DNA from: the human T2T-CHM13v2.0 reference genome, Homo sapiens
Reading direction: 5' to 3' (one strand)
Length of the DNA stretch: 64,000 bases
Assembly (NCBI RefSeq): GCF_009914755.1
Contig: NC_060927.1
Shown here: piece by piece, positions 30,008-47,872 of the stretch
Numbering within the stretch: position 1 is the first letter of the stretch
Layout: each line of letters begins with the position of its first letter
Made by a program: the position numbers and the translations under genes
Notes under the pieces: model-generated
Told to the model about the DNA's origin: nothing
The model's database searches: none
Seen by the model: only the letters and a program-made list of their open reading frames with translations

Positions 30008-31058
30008 CTAAGCCTTATTATTGTTATTACTGCTAATAATAACAGCAGCTAAGATTACTATGTGCCAGACACTGTACTAAGCATCTTACATGCATAATTA
30101 CCTGCTTCACAATCACTCAGAAAGGTAGTTACTATCACCACTTCCAAATAAGGACAATGAAGCTATAAAAAGTTAATATCTTACCTAAGCTGTACTATAC
30201 CTGATCAGAGATGAGGCTAAAATGGTCCTACAATGTCAGAAAAAAAAAAAAATGTATGGAATACCTAAAGATGGTATCAAATCTCACTCAAAAAGCACTT
30301 TACAGTCGTGTCTGAAATCTTTCACTATAGAAACACACAGAGTTCATCTATTAATATACAAAGCAAATGATGTGGAACCTGTGTTGAATAGTCAACTTAT
30401 TATCCTTTTCTTCTTCCCTAAGTAGGGCAGCTTAGTCTTTTCCTTGTATATATTGCCAAATTGCTGTTCCTAAGGAGTAAAGTCTAATAGACAGCAGTTC
30501 ATTATAACCACACAGTGCCAACGTAGTTCAAAAGGGCAAAAACTTAGGAATCGGCAAGATTAGGGATCCATTCCGAGTTCTGCCTCATTATTAGTTTTGT
30601 GTCCTTTACCCACCAGCAGGGACTCAGACTCCTTGTCTGCAAAATGGAGATACCACTTAGACCCAGTGGAGCAAATCCTCATTAAATGTTTGTTTCCTCC
30701 CCTTCTCAAATAAAAACAAGGGCTAAATACACCTAATGCAGAGCTTCCAAAGTCTGATCCAAAGAATGGCAGTCCTTTGAGGGATGCTATAAGCAGCATT
30801 TCCTAAACTTTGGCCACAGACTATTTATTACAGCACAACATCGTTTAGAGTAACTACTGTGGGAGACACTGGCCAAAGGACTTTCACATCGATTAAATAA
30901 AAAAACAACAACTTTACTTCAGATTCTGTGATCACTCTTTTAGCTCCTCAGTGCTCATTTTTATCTACTATCTAGTTCCCATCTTAATTCCATATAGTTG
31001 AGCTAGGAAATAAGTACCTCTGGTTATATGAGTATCCTATATATTAAACGCTATATAT

Positions 31059-31548
31059 CAGGGGTTTCTGTGGCCTGTTAGGAACCAGACCGCACAGCAG
31101 GAGGTGAGCAGCAGGCAAGGGAGCAAGGCTTCATCCGTATTTACAGCAGCTCCTCATTGCTCACATTACCACCTGAGCTCTGCCGCCTGTAAGATCAGCA
31201 GCAGCATCAGATTCTCATAGGAGCGTGAACTCTATTGTAAAGCACACATGCGAGGGATCTAGGTGCACATTCCTTATGAGAATCTACTGCCTGATAATCT
31301 ATCACTGTCTCCCCAGCACCCCCAGATGGGACTGTCTAGTCACAGGAAAACAAGCTCAGGGCTCCTACTGATTCTACACTATGATGAGTTGTATAACTAT
31401 TTCATTATACATTACAATGTAATAATAATAAAGTGCACATTAAATGTAATGCACTTGAATCATGCTAAAACCATCCACGCTCGTCCATGGAAAAATTGTC
31501 TTCCACAAAAGCAGTCCTGGTGCCAAGAAGGTTTGGGACCACTGCCAC
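31059..31548. mobile_element. MER1A hAT MITE
   Basis: GGCCTGTTAGGAACCAGACCGCACAGCAGGAGGTGAGC...GGTTTGGGACCACTG. Confidence 0.85.
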
Positions 31549-31950
31549 CACATTAAGAACCCAGATATACTCTTTTAAGTGGGGTCTAAAAAATCCAACT
31601 ATTAATACATGAAACACAGGGCTTATTGCAAAGTTAACAGAAAACTGTATTTTTCCATTAGTCTTCCAGTTACAGAATAGAAAGGAAAGGGAGAGAAAAG
31701 TTCACATATCAGGTTTACTTACTGAATATTAAGTCAATGATTAAAAATGAAATGTCAGCCTGGCCCTCACCTGCAGACAATAGGCATGGCAGAGGATGAG
31801 AGTCAATTATACTATATCTAAATTTTGTATCATCACAGGATTTCACTGTAAACTGACACTTAAAACACTCATCAACTAAGAAAAGTTCGATTCAGAGGCA
31901 CAGAAAATTTTCTCCAACTCATGAAAATGATAAATCAACCTTTTCTATTA

Positions 31951-32301
<351 letters not shown>

Positions 32302-32796
32302 CTATAAAAATAACTTCTTAAAAAGAAAAACATGACAATCAACTATGTATTACAATTTGGTCTCTATATTTAAGATTCAAAGTTTTCAATTTCTGGCTTA
32401 TTTTTCAACATTCATCATTTATTAAATGACAACTAAGTACAAAGGATTTTCCAGTGCAAGAATAATATAAAACAACAACAAAAATTATTGAGACCAATAA
32501 CCATGGGAAATAATAAGGACAGAGGCAGGTGAAGTGTTAACACTTCTGTTCTTGCCTTGGATCAAACTATGATATGTTAACTGAACGCAAAATTGGTGCC
32601 TTCAAGTTACCAGAGGTAGCAAGGCTCCATTTCTGTACATTCGCATACTCTTAGGACAGTAAAGTAGTTAAGAATAAGAGCTCTAGACTAAATTACCTGG
32701 GTTGGAATCCAGGCTCTGCCACCTGCTGGCTATGAAACCTTGGCAAGAGTTACTTAACTTCTCTAAGATTCAGTTTCATCTGTTAAAGTGATCCTG

Positions 32797-33093
32797 ACTG
32801 AGCTCTGTGGCTCACATCTATAATCCCTGCACTCTGAGAGGACAAGGCAGAAGAATTGCTTAAGCCCAGCCTGGACAACATAGGGAGACCTCATCTCTAC
32901 AAAAAAAATTAAAAAAAAAAAAAAAAAAAAAAAGCCTGGCATGGTGGTGCGGGCCTGTAGTCCTAGCTAATTGAAAGGCTGATGCAAGAGTATCACCTGA
33001 GCCCAGGAGGTAGGCTGCAGTGAGCCACAACCACACCACAGCACTTCAGCCTGGGCAAGAGAGCAAGACCCCATCTCAAAGAAGAAAAGAAAA
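32797..33093 (+). mobile_element. AluJ next to a MIR (~32650-32790)
   Basis: J-type motifs and an expanded middle A-tract. Confidence 0.88.
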
Positions 33094-33713
33094 GGATAGG
33101 AGCTCAGGCTCAAAACTGATTTTGCAATATGGATTTCAACTACACTTCTTACCCATCTCTCACAGCCACTGTTTTATAGCTAGCCAGATCAGTTTTAAAA
33201 GCAAGGTATTTGCTCTTAAAATTTTTATTTTAAAATAAAATAAACTGTACTTATATATGACTGACAATTACTTTCTCCTCCATAAGTAACACTACAAAAA
33301 GTAGAAGTTCCTAAGCCGTACCCTAAAAAACCTTAATTCTTCCAATTTCGGGCAATTATCTTATTCCCTCTCCAAATTATAAAGGCCATACAGTGGAGCA
33401 ATTAAGAGAACAGGTTCGAAGTATGGCTATGCATCTTGCTGGCTGTGTAAGGCTCTGTAAGCGTCAGTTTCCTCATTTATAAATTCAATTTGCCTTAGAA
33501 GACTGTGATGAAAATTAAATAAGATACAAACAAGTTGCTTAAAATAGAGAATAGACAACCCATGGAGAAAAACAATAAAACAAAGAGTTGGTTTTTTAAA
33601 AAAATAAAATCAACAAACCCTTAGACTACACAAAAAGAGAGGAGTCCAAAATACACAAAATGAGAAATGAAAGTGGAGACATTACAATAGAAGCCTCAGA
33701 AATAAAAACAGTT

Positions 33714-34305
<592 letters not shown>

Positions 34306-36224
34306 GCTGAGAAACTGTTACGAACAATTACATGCCAACAAATGTGATAACTTAGAAGAAAAGAATACCTAAAAAAGTACAACCTGCCAAGGTTGAATCA
34401 GAAAAAAAATAGAAAACCTAAATAGACCCATAACAAACAAAAAGATTGAACCAGTGGTAATTAAAATCCTCCCAAAAAAGAAAAGGTCAGGACCAGACAG
34501 CTTCACAGCTTAATTCTACCAAACTTTTTAAGAATACCAATACTACTTAAACTCTTCCAAATAATAGAGCTGTAACACATTTGATAAGGCCAGCATCACC
34601 TTGATACCTAAGCTAGACAAAAACATTACAAGAAAATAAAACTACAGGCCAGTATCTCTGATGAACACTGATGATACAAAAATCCTCAATAAAGTATTAG
34701 CAAGTCAAATTCAACATATCAAAAAATTACACATCATGATCAAGTGGGATTTATATGGGCATCCAAAGCTGGTTTAACATACACAAATGAATCAATGTGA
34801 TATATTAAGAGACTGAAAGAAAAATGACACAATCATATCAACTGACAGAAAAAGCATTCAACAAAGTTAAACTTTCTTGATAAAAACTCTTTAACAGTTT
34901 AAATATAGAAGGCAAGTTCCTCAGTATAATAAGGCCATCTATGAAAAACCCACAGCTAACTACATAATCAATGGCGAGAAACTGAGAACTTTTCCTCTAA
35001 GACCTGATACAAGGCAAAGATGCCCACTCTGACCACTTCTATTCAACAGAATACTAGAAGTGCTGGAAGAGCTTGTCTAAATCAAGAGTATTTAGACAAG
35101 AAAAAGGAAAAAAAAAGTTAACCAAATCAGAAAATTATCTCTATTTGCAGATGGCATGATCCCATATATAGAAAACTCCAAAGACCACATGAAAAACTGT
35201 TAGATTGAATAAATTAATTTAGTAAAGTTGTAGGATATAAAATCAACATAAAAAATTCATGGCATTTCCATACACAAATAATGACCAAGCTGAAAAAGAA
35301 ATTAAGAAAACAGCCCCATTTGTGTTAGTATCAACAAACAAAATACTTAGGAATAAATTTAACCAAAAAGTTGAAAGACCTGTACACTGAAAACTAAAAC
35401 TACTGATGAAAGAAAATGAAGAGGACACAAATAAATGGAAAGAATTCCATGCTCATGGATCAAAAGAATATTGTTAAAATTATCATACTACCCAAAGCAA
35501 CAAAACAGATTCAACGCAATTCCTATCAAAATCCCAATGGCATTCTTCACAAGAGTAGAAAAAGCAATCCTAAAATTCACATGGAACCACCAGACTCTGA
35601 ACAGCCAAGGCAATTCTGAGGAAAAAAAAAAGTTGGGGGCTTCACGCTTCCTGAGTTAAAATTAAATTACAAAGCAACTATAATCAAAATAGTTTAGTAC
35701 TGCCATAAAAACAGACACACAGACCAGTGCAACAGAATAGAGAGCCCAGCAACAAATCCAAACATAGACCGTCAACTATGTTTCAACAAAGGCACCAAGA
35801 CAACACAATTCTTCAATAAATGGTGTTGGGAAAAATGGATTTCCACATGCAAAATAATGAAACTGAATCCTCATCTTACACCAGACACAAAAACCAACTC
35901 AAAATGGATAAAAACCTAAACATAAGACTTGAAGCCACAAAATTCCTAGAAGAAAACATAGGGAGAAATCTCCTTGACATTGGTCTTGGCAATGACTTTT
36001 TCCATGACACCAAAACACAGGAAACAAATGTAAAAATAGATGAGACTACATCAAACTAAAAAGCTTCTGCACAGCAAAGGAAACAACAAAATAAAAAGAC
36101 AACCTACAGACTGGGAAAACATTTTGGCAAACCATATATCTGATAAGGGGTTAATATTCAAGATTTATAAAAACATCATACAACTCAACAGCAAGAAAAC
36201 ATATAACTCTATTTAAAAATGGGC

Positions 36225-36569
<345 letters not shown>

Positions 36570-38236
36570 CTAAAAAACGGCCAACAGGTATATGAAAAGG
36601 TGCTCAACATCACTTATCATCAGAGAAATGGAAATCAAAACCATGATGAGATACCACCTCACCCCTGTTAGGATATCTATTATCAAAAAAATAAAAATAA
36701 AAAATAAGAGATTAAGTGTTGGTAGAGGTGTAGAGAAAAGAGAACCTCTGTACACTGTTGGTGAGAATGCAGATTAGTGCAGCCACTCTGGAAACAGTAT
36801 GGAGGTTTCTAAAGAAACTAAAAATAGAACTATCATATGACCCAGTAATTATTCTTTGGGTATATACAAAATATTATGAAATCATCACTTCGTAAAGATA
36901 TCTGCATTCCCACGTTCACTACAGCATTATTCACAACAGCCAACATATGGAAACAACCCTAGGCGTCCATCAATGGACGAATGGTTAAACTTCAGTGTGT
37001 GTATATATATATGTGTGTGTGTACACACACATATGGATGGACCTGAAGGACATTAACTGAAATAAACTATACACAGAAAAAAATATATATCATGATCTCA
37101 ATTATATGTGAAATCTTTTTTCAAAAAAAGGTCAAATATACAGAGATAGAGAGTAAACTGGTTAGCAGAGGTTGAGCAGGGGAGGAAATGGGGAGATGTA
37201 GGTCAAAGTATAGGAAGTAGCAAATACCTGGGATAAACATGTCAAAAGATCTAATGTACAACATGAAGACTATAGTTAATAATAGTGTATTGTATCTAGG
37301 CTTTTGTTAAGAGTTGAGTAGATTACAGTTGCTCTTGGTAGGGGCGAGGGAGAGGGGGTGGGTAACTATGTGAGATGGAGATGTTAATTTCTTTTACTAC
37401 AGTAGCCATTTTATTATAATATGTATCATATTAACATCATGTTGTATATCTTAAATATACATAGTAACATTTATTTTAAATTAATTGCTTACTATTGTAC
37501 AATGACATGGTAAGTACTCAAAAAATTTTCTTCCTTTACTTCAAGTCTGGAGGGCCTGGGATCAACATCTGGAACCTATTCCCTACTAACTGTAAGGCCC
37601 CGGAATAAATCAATTAAAAAAATATATTTTTTTTAACCTCAGATTCTTCACTCATTAAATGGGGCAAATATTGTCACAGAGCATTATGAAAGTTAAATGG
37701 AATGAGAGTGCTTGGCACACAATAAACATTCAAAGAGTAGCTGAATCTGAATTCTAAAATTCCGGCCATCATTAACAGCATCCAGAGAAACTCAAAATCT
37801 ATCATGACCACAAACTTTTTTCTAATTAGCTTCTTCCCCCACCCCAACTCCTATGGTCCACAGCAGCATTTCTCACCTCTTTCCTAGACTTTAGAAAGTC
37901 TAGGCTTTCTCAGCTATATGTAAGAAATTAACACAAAAAAAGATGTGTTTTTAATTAGATATAATGTGAAATGCATTTTAGAACAATTTCCTACTCCTAA
38001 ATAAATACTGAAAGCCAACAAGCTATACAACTTATATTGATACCATAGCCCACACAGTGCCGGAAGACAATCTCCTGTCTCTGGGTCTTCTTTTCTAACG
38101 ACCCAGGAATTGGCCCACCTGCTCCCATTTTGGAAGTCATGACAAATACGACAAACACACCCTTTGTTTCTAACTAAGTTCTCCTTCTCCAATGTAGAGC
38201 AGAAATATCAGAAATATCATACTAGAACTTCTCCTC

Positions 38237-39380
<1,144 letters not shown>

Positions 39381-39694
39381 TAAACATATTTTTTAAAGGC
39401 CTCAGAGTCTCTCAGTAAAAGTTATTCCTGATGTTCAACTGAATTTAAATAGAATTATACCTTGTTCTTTAGTAAATCCTCTTGGTTCAAGAAGGGCATA
39501 ACAAGTATTTGCTACTTACAGAGAAAGTAAATTTCTTCCATGTCTAAGAATTGTACCCTATACCAGCCAAACATCTCACAATGCACACATTTAATCACAG
39601 AAGGAAATACCATGCTGATATGTGGAAAGCAATTTATTTTTCAAAACCAAATACAGAAAGTCATATTCGACCACTATTTAAGAATTTGTATTAT

Positions 39695-39980
39695 GGCCAG
39701 GTGAGGTGGCACACACCTGCAATCCCAGCACTTTGAGAGACCAAGGTGGCTGGACTGAGCTCAGGAATTCGAGACCAGCCTGGGTAATATAGCAAAATCT
39801 CGTCTCTACAAAAAATACAAAAATGAGCCAGGCATGGTAGCGCACTCCTGTGGACCCAACTAATGTGGATGCTGAGGTGGGAGGATTGCTTGAGCCCAGG
39901 AGGTTGAGGCTGCAGTGAGCCAAGATCACACCACTGTACTACAATCTGATAAACAGAGCAAGATTCTGTCTCCAAAAAAG
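39695..39980 (+). mobile_element. AluJ followed by GAAG-rich low complexity
   Basis: GGAGGATTGCTTGAGCCCAGGAGGTTGAGGCTGCAG. Confidence 0.9.
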
Positions 39981-40230
39981 GTGGGAGGAGGGGGAGGGAA
40001 GAAGGAAGACGAAGGAAGAAGGAAGAAGGTAGAAGGAAGAAGGAGAAGACGACGACACTCTTTCCTCTAATTAAAAAAAAAAGAAGTTGTATTATTTAGC
40101 AATAGAAACCCTATTGTTTATTAATATTTCTCACCCTCTCTGGGAAAGCTCTAGAACTGACATACTAACATATCAAACAAACAAACATCATCTTAAAGAC
40201 CCAAAAAGAGGTCTTGTAAAAATTAGTTTC

Positions 40231-40530
40231 GGCCAGGTGCAGTGGCTCATGCCTGTAATCCCAGCACCTTGGGAGGCCAAAGCATCCAGATCATTTGAGG
40301 ACAGGAGTTTGAGACCAGCCTGGCCAGCATTATGAAACCCTGCTTCTACTAAAAATACAAAAATTAGCCAGGCGTGGTGGTGGATACCTATAATCCCAGC
40401 TACTCGGGAGGCTGAAGCATGAGAATTGCTTGAACCTGGGAGGCAGAGATTGCAGTGAGCCAAATCACGCCACTGCACTCCATCCTGGGCAATACAGCAA
40501 GACTCAGTCTCAAAAAAAAAAAGAAAAAAA
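40231..40530 (+). mobile_element. AluS
   Basis: Full dimer. Confidence 0.95.
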
Positions 40531-40954
40531 ATTACAGTTTCACAACTCCCCCACAATACAATTACATACCTAAGTACATCCATGATGAAAAGACTTCTCA
40601 TATTTAAATACTGTCTGTTTACTTTATTCTTTTGCAGAGTAAGCTACTTGGTGAAAGGAAAGAAATTGAACTGTCAGGTTTCACTGTTATAAATCTCTCT
40701 TCAGTCCTTACCCACTCCAAATAAAATAATGTAAGGGGATACCGTAGTAGCGTCATATGCTCAATGTTTCAAAGGTACTGTGCTTACCAACCAGTGCAAC
40801 CTAGCACCCAAGTCCTTTCTTTCAGTCATCCATCCAAAGATTTCAGAGCCACTCAGTGCTAAGCACACAGTGCAACAGAAGTGTCTGTATACTCTATGTC
40901 TCTTTCCTTTCCCTACTATCATTCCTTCACATTTAAGAAAAAAAAAAAAAACAG

Positions 40955-41254
<300 letters not shown>

Positions 41255-42063
41255 TTAACTTAATTTCTTACATCAAAACTTAAATGTTCCTAGAAACATC
41301 AGCAATAGCTTGGTGACCTGTAAACTATCATACCACTAGACACCATATCACATGACAAACTGCCTTCAACTAGAATATGTACTAAGTGACCCAATACAAA
41401 AAGGACTGTGCTCCACACTGCAGAAAATACAAAGATGCATAAAATATTTTTATGTCATGTTGGAACTTATGATCTCCTACGGAGAAACAAGACACATTAA
41501 CAAGAATACAAGGAAGAACATTAGAAGGGTCACAGAGAGTGCTGAAGGAGTTATATGAAAGTGAATTTCATGCCTTGAGATAAGCATGAATGACTAAAGA
41601 GGTGGCATTTGAGACTGAAAGCCAGCTAAGGTCTTTGAAACAGCAAGGGGAAATAATATATGACAAAGAATATTTGCATCGAAAAAATTCCACGGAGGCC
41701 AAGGCAATCATGGTAAGGACAACACCTAATTATCTTAACAGCAAAAATTTAAATACCTATTTTAACAGTTTTACTAAAATAAGGGTGGAAAGAATCACTA
41801 CCCACCCTACAGCAAGCCCCCTTCTGAAAAACGTAACAATTTTCAACCTCTTTTAAATCTCAAAATAAGCTGAAAACATGATTAAAAACAAAGGCATAAA
41901 TCAATGAAGTGTTTTTAAACCACACACACCTTTTCTATTACTTAAAAATAACAAAAATAATATAATTCCTGGACAAAATTCTAAGCCTGCACTGTCCAAT
42001 ACAATAACCACTAGCAACATGTAGCTAATGAACCCTTGAAATGTGGCTAGCCCAAATTAGTAT

Positions 42064-42067
<4 letters not shown>

Positions 42068-42096
<29 letters not shown>

Positions 42097-42374
42097 GAGA
42101 AAGAGTCTTGCTGTGTCACCCAGGCTGGAGTGCAGTGGCACAATCTCGGCTCACTGCAACCTCTGCCTCCCAGGTTCAAGCAATTCTCTGCCTCAGCCTC
42201 CCAAGTAGCTGGGATTATAGGCGTCTGCCACCACGCCCAGCTAATTTTCGTATTTTTAGTAGAGACGGGGTTTCACCATCTTGGCCAGGTTGGTCTTGAA
42301 CTCCTGACCTCGTGATCCACCCGCCTCGGTCTCCCAATGTGCTGGGATTACAGGCATGAGCCACCGCGCCCGGC
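42068..42374 (-). mobile_element. AluS inserted in a MER3/MER33-like MITE (~41987-42640)
   Basis: 20-bp TSD CCCAAATTAGTATGTTCTTT. Confidence 0.93.
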
Positions 42375-43259
42375 CCCCAAATTAGTATGTTCTTTAAGTG
42401 TAAAACACTCACTAGGTTATAAAGATTTACTACCCAAAAAAAGAATGTAAAATATCTCAATAATTTTTATATTGATTACATCTTGATATATTATTAGTTT
42501 AGATACACTAGGTTAAATAAAATATATTACTAGAATTAATTTCACTTGTGTCTATTTTTCAAAGTGGTTCATAGAAAATTAAAATTACATATATAATTCA
42601 CCTTTTTGGCTTATATAATATTTCTTCTGAATAGCTCTAGTCTAAACAATTACTTAATATTAATATTTTTCAGATTTTTGTACTTGCCTTATGTTTGCAT
42701 GGTAATCACTTAATAAAATGATACAAAGTAACCTTCCAACATCTATTTCTCAGTATCTAGATACTGCAAGGGTGAGGGTATCTGCCCAAAAAGTATATAG
42801 CTTCTTAACTGCCCTTTTGGAACAAATATGGAAAAAAACAATGAACAACTTTTCCAGGTATATTTATCAAACAGTTATCAGATAAGAACTATTCAACTAA
42901 CAAACAAATCATGGGATTTCCATACAATGAAATGTTATTTAGAGATATGGGATCCAGGAAACTGGAGAGCCAACCCTGAAGAGCAGCGAAAGAAGTCAGA
43001 GGATGACAGCTGTACAACGGGGCCTGGAGAACAACTAGATCAGATCCCAGCAGTTGGACGAGGGCTCCAGGAAAAAGGACACTCCAGGAAAAGAAAGGGG
43101 CAGGAGGCAGGTAGAAATCCAGAGAATGTCTGATAAATTGGTACATTTGGGGGGAAGAATTGAGATTATAATTATTACAAACAGTATTTAAAAAAAAAGA
43201 AAGAAAATGGCAACAATAAAGTCTAAAAAGATTAAAAGCAAAGGAAAAAATGTGACTGT

Positions 43260-43820
43260 CACTTTGAAACAGCTTAATAGCTCCTTAACACTTTAAACAG
43301 AGAGTTACCATATCACCCAGCCATTCCACTACTTAGGTATATACCCCAAAAGATCTGAAAACATATGTCCACACAAAAACTTGCACACAAATGTTCACAG
43401 CAGCATATTCATACTAGTCAAAAAGCAGAAACAACCCAAATGTCCATCAACTAATAAACAAATCGCAGGATTTCCATACAATGAAATGTTATTCAGCAAT
43501 AAAAAGGAATGAAGTACTAATACATGCTATAACATGGGAGAAAGAAAACAGTCATAAATGGCCATGTATTACATAAATCCATTTATATGAAATGTCCAGA
43601 ACAGGCAAATCTATAAAGACAGAGAGTAAATTAGTGGTTGCCTAGAGCTGTGGGGAAGGGGAACATAGGGAATGGCTGCTAATGGGTATAAGCTTTATCT
43701 CTGAAATGATAAAAGTGCTCTAAAATTAGATGGTTGGGATGGTTACACAAGTCTATGAACACCTGAGTAATGAAAAAATGAATGTTACGGTATGTGAATT
43801 ATATCTCAATAAAGCTATTC
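43260..43820 (+). mobile_element. L1MB/ME 3' end
   Basis: TATGTCCACACAAAAACTTGCACACAAATGTTCACAGCAGC...TATCTCAATAAAGCT. Confidence 0.85.
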
Positions 43821-45229
43821 TCATAAGGAAATGTGATCACTGTATACTACTTGTTTCTACATAGAATACTGTTCCATGTCTACATACTGAGAATAATTTG
43901 AATAATAATTTAAATAAATAATAGTTTTTAAATAGTGGCATAATTATATCAGTATGAAAGCAAAAGGGAGATGGGCATGACAATAAATGATGTCTACCAC
44001 AATAAGACAAAAAAATTAATTTTAAGAAATAGATAAAAAGCATATAATTAAAAATATGACAAAAACTACTAGAGGAAACAGCTGTCATAGCCAATGTTGC
44101 TTCTAAGAAGTAGGACTGGAGGACAGAAGATTACTTTCCATCATAAGCCCTTCTGCACTATTTGATTTCTTTAAATCATATATTCCTTTATAAAAGTAAT
44201 TTTTATTCAACAACTAAGGGGTGCTTGATTTAGGAGCAGAATGAAACCGTACGCTCTTAAAGAAGTAAAAGGCACAGGCTTCATTGACACTGACGCACTC
44301 TGCGCCTCTGATCTCTCAAGAGAACAGGTTTTCTCATCTAAGATGTTAGAAAAATAGAAAGTTAAAAAATTATCCTGTCTTTTTATTATGAAATAAACAT
44401 CTATTTTAAATGTGCTATTAATTGTTCATTGGTTAAGACTATTAACATTTTACCTCTAATTGCCACGAGAGGAGCTCTGTCATCTTTGCACTTATTCTCC
44501 AACTAACTTATATTTAGAGAAATAAGTATTTACTAATTTAATAGGTTAAAAAATAGCAATTTTCTAGAGTTACTGATTTAAATTTGTTTTAATTCTAACA
44601 CTTCTGCTAAAGCTATTGTTAATTTATGTATGTATACACAAAATGCAAGTCTACTATAGAAATCATTAATCCGTAAAGATTCAGAATACCTATGAAAGGA
44701 CACATAAGAAATTGTAATGCCAGTGGTCTCCAGGAAAGAGAACTGGTTGTTGCAGAGCAGGAGAGAAGACTTCACTGAATATCTTTAAAATTTTGAACCA
44801 TGTGAGTAAATTACATTTTTTAAAATTTAAAGCAAAATAGGTAAATAAAACATGCAATTATCTGGCACACCGCACTCAATAATTACTGCCGTTATTACCA
44901 TATATTATGAGAATATGATATACAGTACGTTGCTCTTCTATATACATGTAATTATATCTTATTATTAAAACTCTACCAACTCAAAGCTTCCCCCTTTCCT
45001 TCATAATTTAAGTAATGTATAGAATGTGAAAACCCTGAATTCCACTAGGGCAAATGTCCCTGCAAATACTATCAGTCTGATGTCAGACATAATTCCAGTA
45101 CCTCCAACTCTTCAGGTGCTCACACCACATACTCAAAATCTAGCATTAGAAATTCAATTGACTCAACTCAATAACTTCAACACAGGTCATGAAGAAAGTG
45201 TTAATCAATTAAAAATATTAACTGATTTT

Positions 45230-45501
45230 GCTGTACTTTGCGAGGCTGAGGCCAGCAGATTGCCTGAGGTCAGGAGTTCAGGACTAGTCTGGCCAACATG
45301 GTGAAACCCCATCTCTACTACAAATACAAAAAAATTAGCGGGGAATGGTGGCATATGCCTGTAATCCCAGCTACTCAGGAGGCTGAGGCAGGGGAATTCC
45401 TTGAACCAGGCCTCGAGGTGGCGGTTGCAGTGAGCCAAGATTGTGCCACTGCACCCCAGCCTGGGCGACACAGTGACATTCCGTCTTGAGAAAAAAAAAA
45501 A
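45230..45501 (+). mobile_element. 5'-truncated AluS
   Basis: Alu body with A-tail. Confidence 0.9.
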
Positions 45502-46197
45502 AGTATTAACTAATTTTATAAAATAACAGGAAGCAGACAGTGTTGCATTTAAATAAGATACCTTTCCTTGGAAAAAAACCTAAATCACCCAACCTTTCTA
45601 GTTATATTAGCCAATTAAGCCCCTAAGAATTTCTCAGACCTCCAAAAGAAAAACTACTTTGCCACTATCACCCTTTTTCTTCAGCCTAACAATTAAGATA
45701 CCCAGCTTTTCAATTCTCATAGGCCATAAATGTATCTAGAAAAGTTCCTCTCTACATAGCTATTCATAATTCATAAGAAAGCTTAAATGACTCCATGCAG
45801 TGCCTTCTAAGCAGTCCACAAACAAAAGGTACAAGCCAGCCAAAATCCAAGCAGCAATTCCATATATACTAAGGAGGAAAAAAAAAAAAACAGAAATAGT
45901 AAGACAACAAATCTTAAATCAGATAAAACTCTGCTGCTGAGTTAATAAATGTAGATGGACAATGGAAGAAAGAGTTGGAAACAATACCCTGGGCTAGCAC
46001 ACTAAAGACTTTAGTACCTTTATCCATACTGCTGAAATCCAACTAGAAGATGGTGAATCAGACAGAGGTGACCCAGTTCTCTTCATCACTTCAGTGATCA
46101 ACAAATTACAGATATTTTATGTAGTTTATGCAGAAGCCCAGGTTTCCACAAGAGATTTTTCTGCCTCCTGCCTCTTTAAAAGAGAATTAATATTCTC

Positions 46198-46498
46198 AGA
46201 TGGGTGCAGTGGCTCATGACTGTAATCCCAGCACTGTGGGAGGCTGAGGCAGGATTGCTTGATTCCAGGAGTTCAAGACCAGCCTGGGCAAGATGGCGAA
46301 ACCCCCTCTCTATAAAAACTACAAAAACTAGCCAGGCATGTTGGCGCATGCCTATAGTCCCAGTTACTCCAGAGGTTGAGGTTAAAAGATCACCCGAGCC
46401 CAGGAGGCAGAGGCTGCAGTGAGCCAAGACTGTGCCACTGCACTCCAGGCTAGGCATAGGCAACACAGCGAGACCCTGTCTCCAAAAAAAAAAAAAAA
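46198..46498 (+). mobile_element. AluJ
   Basis: J-type motifs. Confidence 0.9.
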
Positions 46499-46932
46499 TT
46501 TCTCTGGGTGAACATTTTCAACAATTATCAGAATGATTTACCCTGGAACTATATGAACCTACATACCCTACATACACTAAGTAATCCCAATATGCTTGTT
46601 TCCCCTAATCATCCATTCTTTTCAGTAGCATAATGCTTAATCAGTACCTATCCATTCCCCTGATCTGTGATTTCAAAAAAACCCAGACAACTCAATGAAT
46701 TACAACTATATGTTAAATAATAACAAGGAACCGTTAATAAAAGCCTGAAAACTAACCTATGAGCAAAGTTTACACTCCATTTGTCTGCAGATATTAGCTG
46801 CTCAGGAGCACTTCTGGTTTACTGTCAATTACCAGCCAATTCCAATAAGGTGAGATTCCAAATAACACAATTCCACATTGATGCATAGCTGTTATTCTTC
46901 AGGAAAACTAAATTAGAAACACAATTTAGTTC

Positions 46933-47263
<331 letters not shown>

Positions 47264-47544
47264 TCAAGAAATTAACCTTAGACCATGTTATTAAGGGAAC
47301 ACGTTAAGGACTTGGCTTTGTGCTGTTGTTAACCATGGTACTCTGGAAATAAAAAGTTGGTTTGACAAAACTAGTTTCAAGACAAATACATCATTACTTC
47401 AAGTGATCAAACCAAACATGCTAAGAAAACTATTCAATACAAAAAATATAAGATTTAATCACTTATAAAATTGGAACCTGCACATTGTTTGGAAGTTGAC
47501 CTCTCTTCCCAAAATATAAGCAAAAATGGTAAGGGGGATTATAA

Positions 47545-47872
<328 letters not shown>
